This document shows, piece after piece, positions 1 to 11,821 of a stretch of DNA of 64,000 nucleotides. A program made the position numbers and the translations under genes. Source of the DNA: Chrysomallon squamiferum (taxonomy: Eukaryota; Animalia; Mollusca); the NCBI GenBank assembly GCA_012295275.1, contig CM022673.1:13454001-13518000 (forward strand), given 5' to 3'. The notes beneath the pieces are model-generated. The model had not been told where the DNA came from and did no database searches. It was given only the letters and a program-made list of their open reading frames with translations. Position 1 is the stretch's first letter, and each line of letters opens with the position of its first letter.

Positions 1-647
1 TATTCCGAAACTTTCGCATTGTTTCGTCAACCACCATCATGAAAATGACCTACAGTTTTCGCTAAAACAGAGTTATCTATCTTTGATGAAATCGTGACAA
101 AAAGCCAAAGGGAAAAAACATGTGTTTGTGTAATTATTTTGTGCTTTATTTCTAAGTTATCCGTGTCTAAAATAATATTACCAGTGCTTCTGTGATCTTA
201 AAGCTTATTAATATTTAAAATTCGTTTAATTAGGTTTACAAGTTTAGTTGTTTCTTTGTATGAATATTAATGTTTGTCAATGATTGAGTGAAGGTTATTT
301 AACAGTTATAGAATTCTTGTTAGAAAACATTATTTAATGGCTTTAATTTAATCTATCTCGCTCTCTTTCTCTGTCTTTCTGTTTCTCCCACTCTCGCGTT
401 TTATAATAGCGTCAGGGATTTTTTTTCTCAACTTACAGTCTTAAAATGCGTAGTACGTCATATAAGTTGCAGTCAATTTTTGAAATATTTTGAGTGGATT
501 ATTAAATAAAACAAATCTTCTTGCATTGATTTATGTTTAGATGATATTTGTACTTCATGTTTCAATAGAGAAGAAAAACAAATTCTTAAATTATGCTTGT
601 TAATTTTTTTTTTTTTTTTCTCTTTAGAATCAACCTGTTCAGCAAGA

Positions 648-2765
648 ATGAGTGGTCAAACTAACAACATTATGCGCTGTATGAAATATTTGGGTTTTAT
701 CAGACAGACGGCTGGATGGACTCTTCCTGTTTGTCTGCATACGTTACGACCAGCTAGTGCCAGTCTTGGAAGATCATCATGTTTTCATCATGTACAAAAG
801 TACAGCACACTAACAAACACAACATTCAGTGTGAATCGGATAACAATCCGAGATTGTCTACCTTTCGTATGTTGTCGGGGTATGGCTGGCCACAGCAAAT
901 GGCACAACATTAAAAATATTAAATTTGCTAAAGACAGTGAGAAGTCAAAACTTAGTTTACATTATTCACGGAAGATAAAAAGTATCATCCGAGGTTTGTA
1001 TGTATTAAAAATCATGCCAGTTAATGTGGAAAAAAAAAAAACATACCTTTTATTATGTTTTTTCTTCCATTTTTTTATCTTTTAATTGTCATGTGGAATC
1101 AGTTAACAAATGTTATATTTTTTTTTTTTTTTTTTTTCTAAATGCTTTTTGAGATACATTTAAACAATGAAATAAAATTATTATTATTTTTATATATATG
1201 AATGTAAAGAATAATAAAATTTGTGGTTTTTAAAAACATTTTATGTTGAAAATACAAGTGTAAAAGAAATATGTTTTAAAACTGCCTCTTTGCTTAGACA
1301 CAGAGCTTGTTATTTTAATTTGCAGAGACTGGAAATGCTGATCCAAAGTTCAATAGTCGACTTGCTAGTGTCATCTCTGAAGCCAAGACTAAGAATGTTC
1401 CCAACAGTACGTTAGAGACAGCAATCAGCCAAGCTGTAAGTGAAATTGTTTAGTTTAGCATAAAACTATTTTATTTTTAATTAACATTATGATTACCTTA
1501 AACAATAAGGAGTTGTTTTGGAAGAATATTTTTATCAGACACTTTCATTACTGTAATGTAAAAGATGAAATATAAAAATACATAGATGTCTTATTAATCA
1601 CATTATTAATATTATGTGTGAATATATTTTTTAAAATTCTAGGTAAGATCAAAGGACTCAACAAAGACAGTTTTGTTTGAAGGTCGGGGGCCTGCAGGAT
1701 CATGGTTCATTATTGAGACCGCAACTGATAAACCTATAAAAACAAAGAACGATCTGCAATCGATTTTCAAAAAATTTGGGTATTTGACATTTAAATAAGA
1801 CTATTTAAAATTTGGTTGTATTAATATTTAAACCTTTGCAAAATTTAAATTTGGATCTAGTGGTGATCAGACCTGAGACGAATTAAAAAATAATTTAAAA
1901 AACTATTATTAAAAAATAAATTAAACTGTTTTGATGCTTAAATTTGTGACAATAAAAAATCTCTCTAGGTTGACATTAAAGCATTTTTTTTGTTCTGTTT
2001 TAAGTGGGCTGCTTGGAGAACCAAATTCTGCAAGACATGCATTTGAACACAAAGGCATCATAGAAGTGACTGTCAAAGAGGACAAAGTAGATATGGATAA
2101 ATATGTTGAGATTGCCATAGAAACAGGTGCAGAAGATGTCCACCTTCAGATTGACGAGGACAAGAACAAATACCTGGAGGTAGGTGATGATTACTCAGGT
2201 GTGTGTAGTCAAGTCAGATAAACAGATAGATTAAATACGTATTAGTTTTTGTTTTTGTTAAATATACCTCTGATTGTATAAATAAATCTTGGAGTAATTT
2301 TTGATATTGTGATGAAGTATGACATTAATTATAATAAATCTTTACAAATTCGTTAATGGTAACATTTTCCTGTATTTTCAGTGTATGTATGTTACAAAAA
2401 TGTTTTGTATTTTATCAGATATTTATGCAGATAATGTTTAATTAAAAAGTCATTACTTTTATAACTGGATCAGAAGACATATTTATATAAACACAGCTCT
2501 TCTTATATCATCAACGACATTTCTTTGTTGTTTCAAATGTCAGTTTTTCTGTGAACCGGAAGAGTTAAACCAGGTGAAGAAGAAACTTGAACAGCAGGGA
2601 CTTGATGTGCAGTCAGCGTCTGAGGAATATTTCCCCACGCTGCCCGTGAAACCAGCGGAAGAGGAGATAGAAGTAATATCACGCCTCATGGGCAGACTGG
2701 AGAGAGATTTTCCTGAAGTGATTCGAATTCATGTGAACATTGACATGGATAATTTGTCAGAATAA
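648..2765 (+). CDS. TACO1: Translational activator of cytochrome c oxidase 1 (YebC/PmpR family), 5 coding exons: 648-993, 1326-1435, 1643-1779, 2005-2179, 2544-2765
   Basis: Spliced translation contains the YebC hallmarks MAGHSKWHNIK, GNADPKFNSRLA, FEGRGPAG, FEHKGII and AIETGAEDV. An N-terminal extension of about 78 aa rich in R/S/T resembles a mitochondrial presequence. All introns are GT-AG with consistent phases; stop TAA at 2763-2765. Confidence 0.93.
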
Positions 2766-4235
2766 CGTGACACGAGTGCTCGGTGAACTTCACAAGTTGT
2801 AGAGCTTATGACACGTAATTCAGAGTCATTGCTCTTAAATTAATCTCTTGTGCTTTTAAATATTACAAGGATTTACGGATAGGTTTTTTTTTTTCCTTTG
2901 TAGTTATTCTATTCTAGAATATCAAGCATTTTGTGAAGGCCCTGAATATTTTATAATCACGGAAAAAAACAATCTGTAAAATCCTCTTTTAAACGTTTAA
3001 AATATTGTTCACTCATTCAACAGTACCCATGTCCAGACATTTCATTTAATATTAACTCATTTTATTATTATAAAAAATTATTTTAATGGTATTATTTTAT
3101 TTTATTTTGAAGATAACAAATAAAAAGATTTTGATTTGTTTTCAAGCTGTTTTTAGTTTTATACATATTTAAATGTTATACGGATTGATGGATAGATTTT
3201 TTTTCCCTTTGTTCTTATATGAAGTCACTATTCTAGAATTTTGAACATTTTGAGGAGATAACAAGTAAAACATTTTTTTTTTCCCCCAAGCTGTTTTTAG
3301 TTGTGTGTGTATGTACATTAAGAAAATACTTAATGTGTACATGCAATGTAAATCTATATATTTTTAAACGTTGCAGTGTTATACATTTTTCATTGCAAAG
3401 TGAATAAAAACAGTTTTAAATTTAATGGTCATTAACATTAAGAAATCAGTTTATTTAACAGGAGAAAGAAAAGTTAATTGTTTTGACAGAAATTTATGAT
3501 TTTGTTATTTGTAAGTAAAATATATTGAATGAATAAAAAAAAAATTCATTTGTTGTATGTCTTTATACAGTGAGATTATTTATTTAAACAAGTTGTGTTT
3601 TATTTTATCAAACTATAGTTACTAACAAATATTGTGTGTGAGAGAGGGTTTGGCTGGTATAATGATACATAGGCTGTGTGGTTAGCTTTTACAGTTTTAA
3701 ATAGATTTCTGTATAATTGTTTAACAAGAAAATAAGTTTATTTTTTATTTATTTTAATTATTTTCGTTTTAAATCATTTAGAAGAAAAAAAAAAAAAAAA
3801 TTCTTACAAATAATTTTGTTCAGCTTGAAAGTTAATAAATACCTACCACACCTTCTCACACTTTTTTTGTCCTGTTCAGACATAATGGAAAAATAGTTTA
3901 CTTGTGTATCATATGATAGGAAATGCTGATATTTTAATCTGTTATAAGAATTCATATTTTATTCATCATTATTTTCATGATCATTATTATTAATACATTA
4001 TTATGATAGTTGGTATCATTTGTAAAATACTTGAATTACTATTATTTACAAATGTTTGTGTTTTTGTTGTTTATTCTTCCAAACACTTAAAACTGCTCAT
4101 ATTTTGATAATTATTTTGTAATGAGTAAATATACGTATGCGTGCTGCCATTGCAGGAGCTGAATTCATTGACTGTGAAAAAGGGATTTGTTTTGTCTACA
4201 TAATCCCATATTCCTATAACATTAAAAGAATATGG

Positions 4236-4530
4236 CTGGGGCAGATCTAGAGGAAAGTTCCAAAGCGTCCGCGCCCCCCCCATGTTTGATAAATGCCCCT
4301 TTTGTTGGGATTTTCTTTGTTTGTTTTTACAGATTTATTTAGTTTTTTCAAATTTCTGTCAGTGTATAGAACACTGTAGAATACATCTGCCTGCGTCTCT
4401 GTTGTAGCACTATTATATTATGGCCCATGTAAAGCATGTGTATTTTTTCAGTAGTGCCTTTTCATAATGTTATTTTGCCCTTTTTGTCGCGGACACCCCT
4501 CTGTCATCAGAAAACCTGGATCCGCCCCAG
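4236..4530. mobile_element. Non-autonomous TIR element (MITE-like), about 295 bp
   Basis: 15-bp imperfect terminal inverted repeats: CTGGGGCAGATCTAG at 4236 and CTGGATCCGCCCCAG ending at 4530 (13/15 match). Flanks TATGG / TATGA could be a degraded target-site duplication. GC-rich ends, AT-rich interior, no transposase ORF. Confidence 0.65.
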
Positions 4531-5529
4531 TATGATACCCTAAGGAAATTGATCAATAGTTTTAAAGAGACGGTTTAAAAAAATATATTACGTAATCGTA
4601 TTTTTTGAACAAGAGAATGGTCGGGGTGAGGTATATTTCACCTATATTTCACTAAAAACAAAATTAATATTTCCTATAATCATCAGCTTCATCGCGTTGT
4701 ACGTAGGGAAAACAATCTACGTTCAGAACTGAAACGCGTCCTTGTCCGAACTTACGATACACGTCTGACAGAAACTACTCGGAAGCGATCGGGGCGCGTG
4801 CTTTACCTGCCGTACGTCCATAATGCGATTTGCTACATGATATGAAACAACAAAAATGACTCAATATTCAGAGAAAACTACATCAACCATCTTCAGTTAT
4901 AAGCATTTGTACGATTTACATTAGAATTTGTCATTGGAAACAGAAGTACTAAAGGCATTTATTAACGTATTATCTGATTAGTAAATGGTGTAAGTGGGCC
5001 ACTGAGCAGAATTGATCCTGCTACTCTAAAGACCAGTGTTCTGACAATTCGTTCCTAACGACGTTCACCAGAAATGAAAACATCGCATATATAATTTCAA
5101 ATGGCCCATTATATTTATTTTAATCACTGCATATACTGATATTGACCTTTAATTATTAACGCTAATTAATAATTTATTACTATTAGTATTATGATCCATT
5201 GGCGTTTATTAAGTCATTAAAACTCATTTATACAGAGATCGCTTCTAAGACAGGCGTTTTAGAAGAGTTTTAATTCCTACCATTTAAATACAGTTTCGAT
5301 ATTTATACAGTATTTTGAAGTCATTGTTTATATATATGTCGTGGTTCAGAAAACCAGAAAAACTGAGGAATCGGGAATACCTCCGACCACCAAAGACAGC
5401 AGATAAAATAACGACATGGTACCTGTACTAGAAAATAAAGACATCTTGTGCATCTAAAATTAAGAACACGATTTTGACAAATCTAGATAGTATGCAGGCT
5501 TACCTCGCTATATCTGGATTCAATTTCAA

Positions 5530-5648
5530 AACTTCCCAACCAATCGCAGTTGACGTCTGCTTAGCTGTCAATCTGGTACTGTTCACTTAAACGACGACCG
5601 CTGGTTCCGGACGACAAAAATTTACGCATTTACATAATCATTAACAGG
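5530..5648 (+). promoter_or_regulatory. Candidate promoter / non-coding first exon of the LRR gene
   Basis: CpG-enriched patch with CCAAT (5541-5545) and TGACGT, followed by a possible donor (ACAG|GTTTG). The LRR ATG is preceded by a strong acceptor (poly-T...TTTCAG at 6407), so an upstream exon is required. Confidence 0.3.
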
Positions 5649-6417
5649 TTTGTTTGTTAATGTTATTATCCTAAGTATTTTATTTATAACAAATAATATG
5701 TTAGACGTAGATAACTGACAGCTGATTGTTAATTAAATATAAAAATATAAAACAGTTTTTCTATAGTTAATTCGTTTTATTTTATATTTTATAATTTATG
5801 TATGTATGTATGTATTTAAACAGTTTAATTTTTCTCTTAATTTACTTCAGTATCTGAACAAAAACGATGACTTTAATTCAGATTTGTTTTACACACACAC
5901 TCATATATAGTTAGTAGTTGTACTAGTTGTTGTAGCAGCAGCAGTAGTAGTAGTATTGCTTTATTTATTATAATATGATTGCTAATTTTTACACGTAACT
6001 GCTATTCGTTATTATTTAAAATATCTGATGCTTTTTTCAGTCTATTGTTCATATTCACTGCAATTTGTTTTGATTAGAATTTATATTCATTTTATTAATA
6101 TTAATCAATTTCATTTCAATAAATATATAGATACAACATAAAAATCTAATTCAAGACATTTTCTAACAATGCTTAATATGCATTACGAGCCAGAATGATT
6201 AAAAATAATAAATATAACATTCTATATTAAATTATATTTCTGTTGTATGTCTCTTCCAGTTGGAAACGCATGCATACATACACACACGCAGGTGTTGGTC
6301 CAAAGAAAGAACTAGTGTTTAAGAAAAAGACAAATTTCACGTTAGGTTTTTGTTTCCATATTTAATATTTCATTTTTAATTTTTTTTTTTTTTTATTATT
6401 ATTTCAGAACCACTGCC

Positions 6418-7878
6418 ATGTTTTTAGTTCTGCTTTTTCTTGCCTTCTTCACACAAACTCTTAACGCTGCTGTCATGACCTGTTTTCCTGGATGCACGTG
6501 CTTCCATGAATTTGTTGTCTGTTCAAAGCTGAAATCTGTTCGTGGTTTCTCAATCCCCAGCGACACAGCCACTCTGGTGATGAACAGTATGCGCATAAAG
6601 ACACTTCCTAAAGGAACTTTCAAATACTTGAAATCGCTAGCCATTCTGGAACTTCAGTCTAGTACCATTGGAAACATAGCGGCTGGCGCTTTCGAAGGAC
6701 TAAACAATATGTCAACCTTTACCATAACATCAAGCCGGATAGATAGTATCGACAGCAGAGCTTTCGCCAACATGCATAATATCACTCGACTGACATTTGA
6801 GAGAAATATGATCAGATCTGTTAAAAAGGAAGCGTTCTCGAATCTTAGAAATATTAAAGAAATAACATTTCAGGCAAATAACTTCTCCACAATAGAATCT
6901 TACGCATTCCATCACATCAGATCATCCACCTTCTTTCACTTCTACTTAAATCGTGTGAAAGAAATTGTCAAAGAAAACGCTTTCTCCGACATGCAAAAAA
7001 TGAAATCTGTGAACTTCTATCTCAATCACTTCAAAATTATGGAATGTGGAACCATGGAAAATCTCATTCACGCCGGCTCTAGAGTTAGCATGTACTCTAA
7101 CAAATTCAAATGCCAATGCAGACAGGCATGGATGCTTACCGAACCTTATCTTAGTGATTACCTCAGATCAAACTGGTGCATGGATAAAGGATCGATAAAA
7201 CGTGTGTATTTTTATACAGCCACGATAGTAACACTGCACTGTCCTGCAGCACCAACCTCCAAACAACGTGGGTGTCCAAGTGTGAAGAAATACGTCCCAA
7301 CATCAGTGACTACGCCAAAAAAGAAAATCACCGAATACTCTACAAAAGGAATGGTTACATCAAAAAGAACTCTTTCGACTTCAGTCTCAACATCATCAGT
7401 CACTACGAGACCAACAACGACATACACCACCACTACAACAATCAAAACAACTAAGCCTGTCTCAACTACCATATTATCAACAACGACAAAAACAACTGCT
7501 ACTCCTGTCACAAAAACGAGTTCTACCCTGACATCACCAAAAGTAACAACAGTTCTCTCTTCATCATACACAACACAAACAAAGATGCAAACCTCTATTC
7601 CTTCCTCGACAACGACAGAGCAGACGCCAAGCCTGAGCACAGCGCTAAGTTCGTCTCAGTCAACTTCAGGTACAACATCAACCGACATGCGTGTAACTGA
7701 ACACGTTTCATTACCGTCAAATGCAACAAACTCACATATCTGGTTGTACAAAGATAAAATTAGGAAAAGGGGTCGGAAAAAAAAGGTGTGTATGAATGGA
7801 GGACCAAATATGAACTTAGCCTGTGAAAGTATGTTAATGGTACTTTCTTTAACGGTTCATCTTCTTTTAGTTCTATGA
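6418..7878 (+). CDS. Extracellular leucine-rich repeat protein: signal peptide, LRRNT, about 7 LRRs, LRRCT, Thr/Ser-rich mucin stalk, probable GPI-anchor signal (486 aa, single coding exon)
   Basis: Kozak context GCCATG; hydrophobic N-terminus; LRRNT CFPGCTC; 24-aa repeats of type LxxLxLxxNxIxxIxxxAFxxL; LRRCT NKFKCQC..W..C..C; about 140 aa Thr/Ser-rich tract; hydrophobic C-terminus with no cytoplasmic tail. Confidence 0.9.
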   Translation: MFLVLLFLAFFTQTLNAAVMTCFPGCTCFHEFVVCSKLKSVRGFSIPSDTATLVMNSMRIKTLPKGTFKYLKSLAILELQSSTIGNIAAGAFEGLNNMSTFTITSSRIDSIDSRAFANMHNITRLTFERNMIRSVKKEAFSNLRNIKEITFQANNFSTIESYAFHHIRSSTFFHFYLNRVKEIVKENAFSDMQKMKSVNFYLNHFKIMECGTMENLIHAGSRVSMYSNKFKCQCRQAWMLTEPYLSDYLRSNWCMDKGSIKRVYFYTATIVTLHCPAAPTSKQRGCPSVKKYVPTSVTTPKKKITEYSTKGMVTSKRTLSTSVSTSSVTTRPTTTYTTTTTIKTTKPVSTTILSTTTKTTATPVTKTSSTLTSPKVTTVLSSSYTTQTKMQTSIPSSTTTEQTPSLSTALSSSQSTSGTTSTDMRVTEHVSLPSNATNSHIWLYKDKIRKRGRKKKVCMNGGPNMNLACESMLMVLSLTVHLLLVL

Positions 7879-8157
7879 TTTTTATTTCCATTAACTGAAT
7901 TTGTGTTCATTTTGCTATAATGTTGCATTCTGTGCGGATTCTGAGGAATTGTGGAATCAATGGGTTTTAATATTTAGACATTCTGAATAACAATATTCTT
8001 ATGTTTTACTCTTAAGGTCGTAATATTTTTTATTTTTACCGTAGACTCAGTATGTACGTAATTACTGGGAAAACATTCAGGCTACTCGATCGTTCTTTGT
8101 ACGTATCCAAGATGTATTACTGCTATTTTGCGTTATAATGTTGTTGAAGGTGATGTG

Positions 8158-8200
<43 letters not shown>

Positions 8201-9301
8201 ACTGGTTTAGCAGTGACTATATATCACACTGACTTTTTTCATCCTGACTGACATGTATATATGTTTATGTGTGTGCGTTCGTTTCTGTATCGGTATCTGT
8301 GTTAATAATTATATTGATACCGCCACCCATACCAGTAATATTCTCGCTGAAAATAACTGGTTTACAGAAACGTATCTATGCGACAATTTTTTTTTTTAAA
8401 TTAACAATTTATTAATATTAATTTTATATAGTTATATTTTTAAAAAAAAATTCTTTCTTTTCAATGACTGAATCACGTAGGAAATGTAATTAAATATGTC
8501 TGGTCATTTGGAGAACAATTGTTGTTCACAAACTGAGGATCTCGGCTGTCTGTTTCAGTGAAGGTTAAGTAAACTGTTACATTTTCCAATTATTATTTTA
8601 GTCATTTGTGCTGTTGATATATATTAGTTTCAACGTGAAGTTTATTGTCGCAAATCTCTTGTTTTTACCCAAAATGTACCACATGGTTGCACGTGTGCAT
8701 TGACAATGTATGTATTTAAAACAGAAGTTGTTGTATTAAATGAACAAACCAGTACAGAAATGTGACAGCAGACGTGTGATTTGAACGATCGCATAACTCG
8801 ACGATGACATAATCTGTTTTCAGTCGAATGTCACCCCGATGAACTGGGAGCAGACGACAAACAATGTCAGGTGACACAGAGCGCGGAAACAATGAAACAA
8901 TGCAACAATCTATGAAAATTGTCGTTTTCATCGTAGTTACTGTATACATAGCCTAGACAACACTGACGTTCTACATGTGCAAAATTTTATCTTCAATATT
9001 ACAACTGTTGTAATTTTCTGTTTCACTGAATTTTTGGAAGAAAAGAAATCTTGTGCCCTATTTTGTATTTTAATTTTCATCATGTTTTGATTGAAGGTCG
9101 CGTATGTATTTTTATTACTTTGTGCATGTTAGAAAAACTGGGAAGACCTTTGTTTTCTTATACGCTAAGAACTATTTTATTTAATGATGCATTGAACGTG
9201 TTTTGCATTCTGTGGTTACATGACGTTATATGTACTCTCAAGTTAAAAATGTTACCACACAGATGGCAGTTTTTTTGCTAATCAGTTACATAAAGTTTTG
9301 C

Positions 9302-9343
<42 letters not shown>

Positions 9344-11821
9344 TATAATAATAACTAAAAACAAAAACGAATTAATACAAATAATATTAAAACGAAATAA
9401 AATGACTTCTATATATTAGTTGATGAATATAAGAACACTAAGAAGAGTGAAGCTTGTAATTTATTTAATTTAATATGGATCTATGTATAATCATAAAAAA
9501 CAAAAACAAATTTAAGACAATTTTACATAAACATTAAAGAATAATGATCACATTTTGTTTGAGCATGTACGTGTAAACATCACAAGAATTATATATTTAT
9601 GAAAATTTCTCAACTAAACATTTATCAAACACTGTCCATTTGAACATTTTAGAATGAAACTGTGAAGATACTCCACAGTATTATGTATGCCTACATGTAC
9701 AACTCTGAAATAATACATTTATCCAGAAGGATAACATTTCAAAAATTTAAAAACATTTACTTGTAAGGCATGTAACAAGTGGAAAAATTTTAGTTAGAAA
9801 TTGAGGATCAGACATCTATATGTTAAATAAACATAATTTGAAAAATCAGCTTATTTGAAACATTTTTAGCTGTAAAAAACAGCTCTAGGACAGGCAAAAA
9901 AAAAAAAAAAAAAAATGATATAAACATTATAATACTGTTTGAGAATCCTTTATCTGAAATGCTTGACCAAAATAGTCTACAGGATTTATTAAATATTTTT
10001 AATACTTTTGTGCATAAATTAGGTAGAAATGTCTCTGAAGTAAATTTTTTCATCCTATGAAGTTTGGATATGTTGATTTTAGTTTTTTTTCAATAAATTC
10101 AAATAACACAATTTATTTTTCATTCCAACCACTTGGGAATATTCATTATCTATACATATATATGAACAATAATATTCAGTATATATGAAAAATGATAACT
10201 TAAAATGTATTTTAAAAAAATATATAAAAAAAAAGTTATCCATTCCAATTAATTCTTTATGAATGGGCATATCAAGACTTGATCCAAGTTTTAGATAAAG
10301 TAATATATTTTTTTGTCACTTTTAAAGCTAACAATAAATTCGTAACTGGTTCTTTTCCAATCCAACCAGAGCTCAATGAGTAATTTTTAAAAACACTGTA
10401 TACTCAGAAACAGTGGCACTCATATACAGTTCATCTTACTATTCAGTTATTTGATAATAACCAGTTCATTTGGCAGGTAAATTTAATATCTAATTGACAT
10501 TCCAAAACAATTTCACACAACTCTTAACATAACTAAAATACAACTCAACTAACATCTCTGTATCATTTCAAGCCTGGCTGTGCTGTCTCTGCAATCAGCT
10601 ATAAAAAACTACAAGTTGATGTATTTATGTGGATATATAAACTAACAACTATATATTTACTGCTGGTCTTAATTTACCAGAACAAACATTCATTGCTATT
10701 TTACTGAAGTAAACAAAATCAGTTTAACACATGTAAACAGCTATACCAACAAATGTGATTGATCAGACATGTAAATAATTAATATAATATTATTAACAAC
10801 ATATAATAACAGACAAAAACCGGCAGAACTCTAATTTTCTATTAATAATAAAAAAAACATCTCACAACAAAGCATTTTATTAAGCAACAAACAAAATAAA
10901 AATTCAACAAAATCTTTGGTCCACGATAACGTAATGTAATAATTTGTACCTTCATTATAAATAATTTATAAATTAAAATTAAAAGGTTTGATTTTCAGTA
11001 CTCTGTATATATGTATTTGGTTTATAAATCATATAAAACTGATTTAACTTCTGGCATACAATTAGAAAGACTGTCTTCCTATGATGTATACAAAATATAT
11101 ATTTTTTTTAAAATTAAAACAATGGGAAATAAATAAACAAAAGTCCACAGTTCAATAAATGTCTGAAACCAAATAAATAAATGAACTGTCTTTGATTTTT
11201 TAATTAAAATGAATTCATGTATATAGTATATGTGTTTGTGTTTGTATACATATATAAGCAAATAATGAATGAATGGGAATACAATATTTAGAAAATATTT
11301 CAGTTAACCTATGGTGGTGGAATTTATATTTTTAGTTTAACAACATGACACCTTTTATACAGCAAAAACTGAACCAAATTTGGACATGGACATGTGACCT
11401 CAGTATATGTTAGAAAATAAAATTTCAGTAATTATGTTAAATGCAAGTAATAAATATTACACTGGTACAAACAACACAAAATAAAAAACAACAAACATTA
11501 AAATTTCATTCATACATCAGTGATGACACATATTTTTAAATGCATCATTGTGTATACCTAAAAAAATAAATTATAAAAATACTATAAGAAACTGGTATTT
11601 TTTTCCAATTGGTCCCCAAGGACGGAAAGATTAATAAGATTATTTTGTAAGCCAGACACACAGTAATAAACATTTCTCTCTAACTGCTGTTTTCAAATTA
11701 AAATAATCCTTTCATTAATTCATGTATGTAATCACAACATGAAACTGAACTATGACTGTTGCTCAGATAATGATGAAATCATTTATCTGTCTGGTGATGG
11801 ACTAGAGGCAGAATATACATG

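Noticed and set aside
7212-7640. 142-aa Val-rich ORF on the - strand
   Set aside because: Antisense shadow of the Thr-rich (ACN) stalk codons of the LRR gene.
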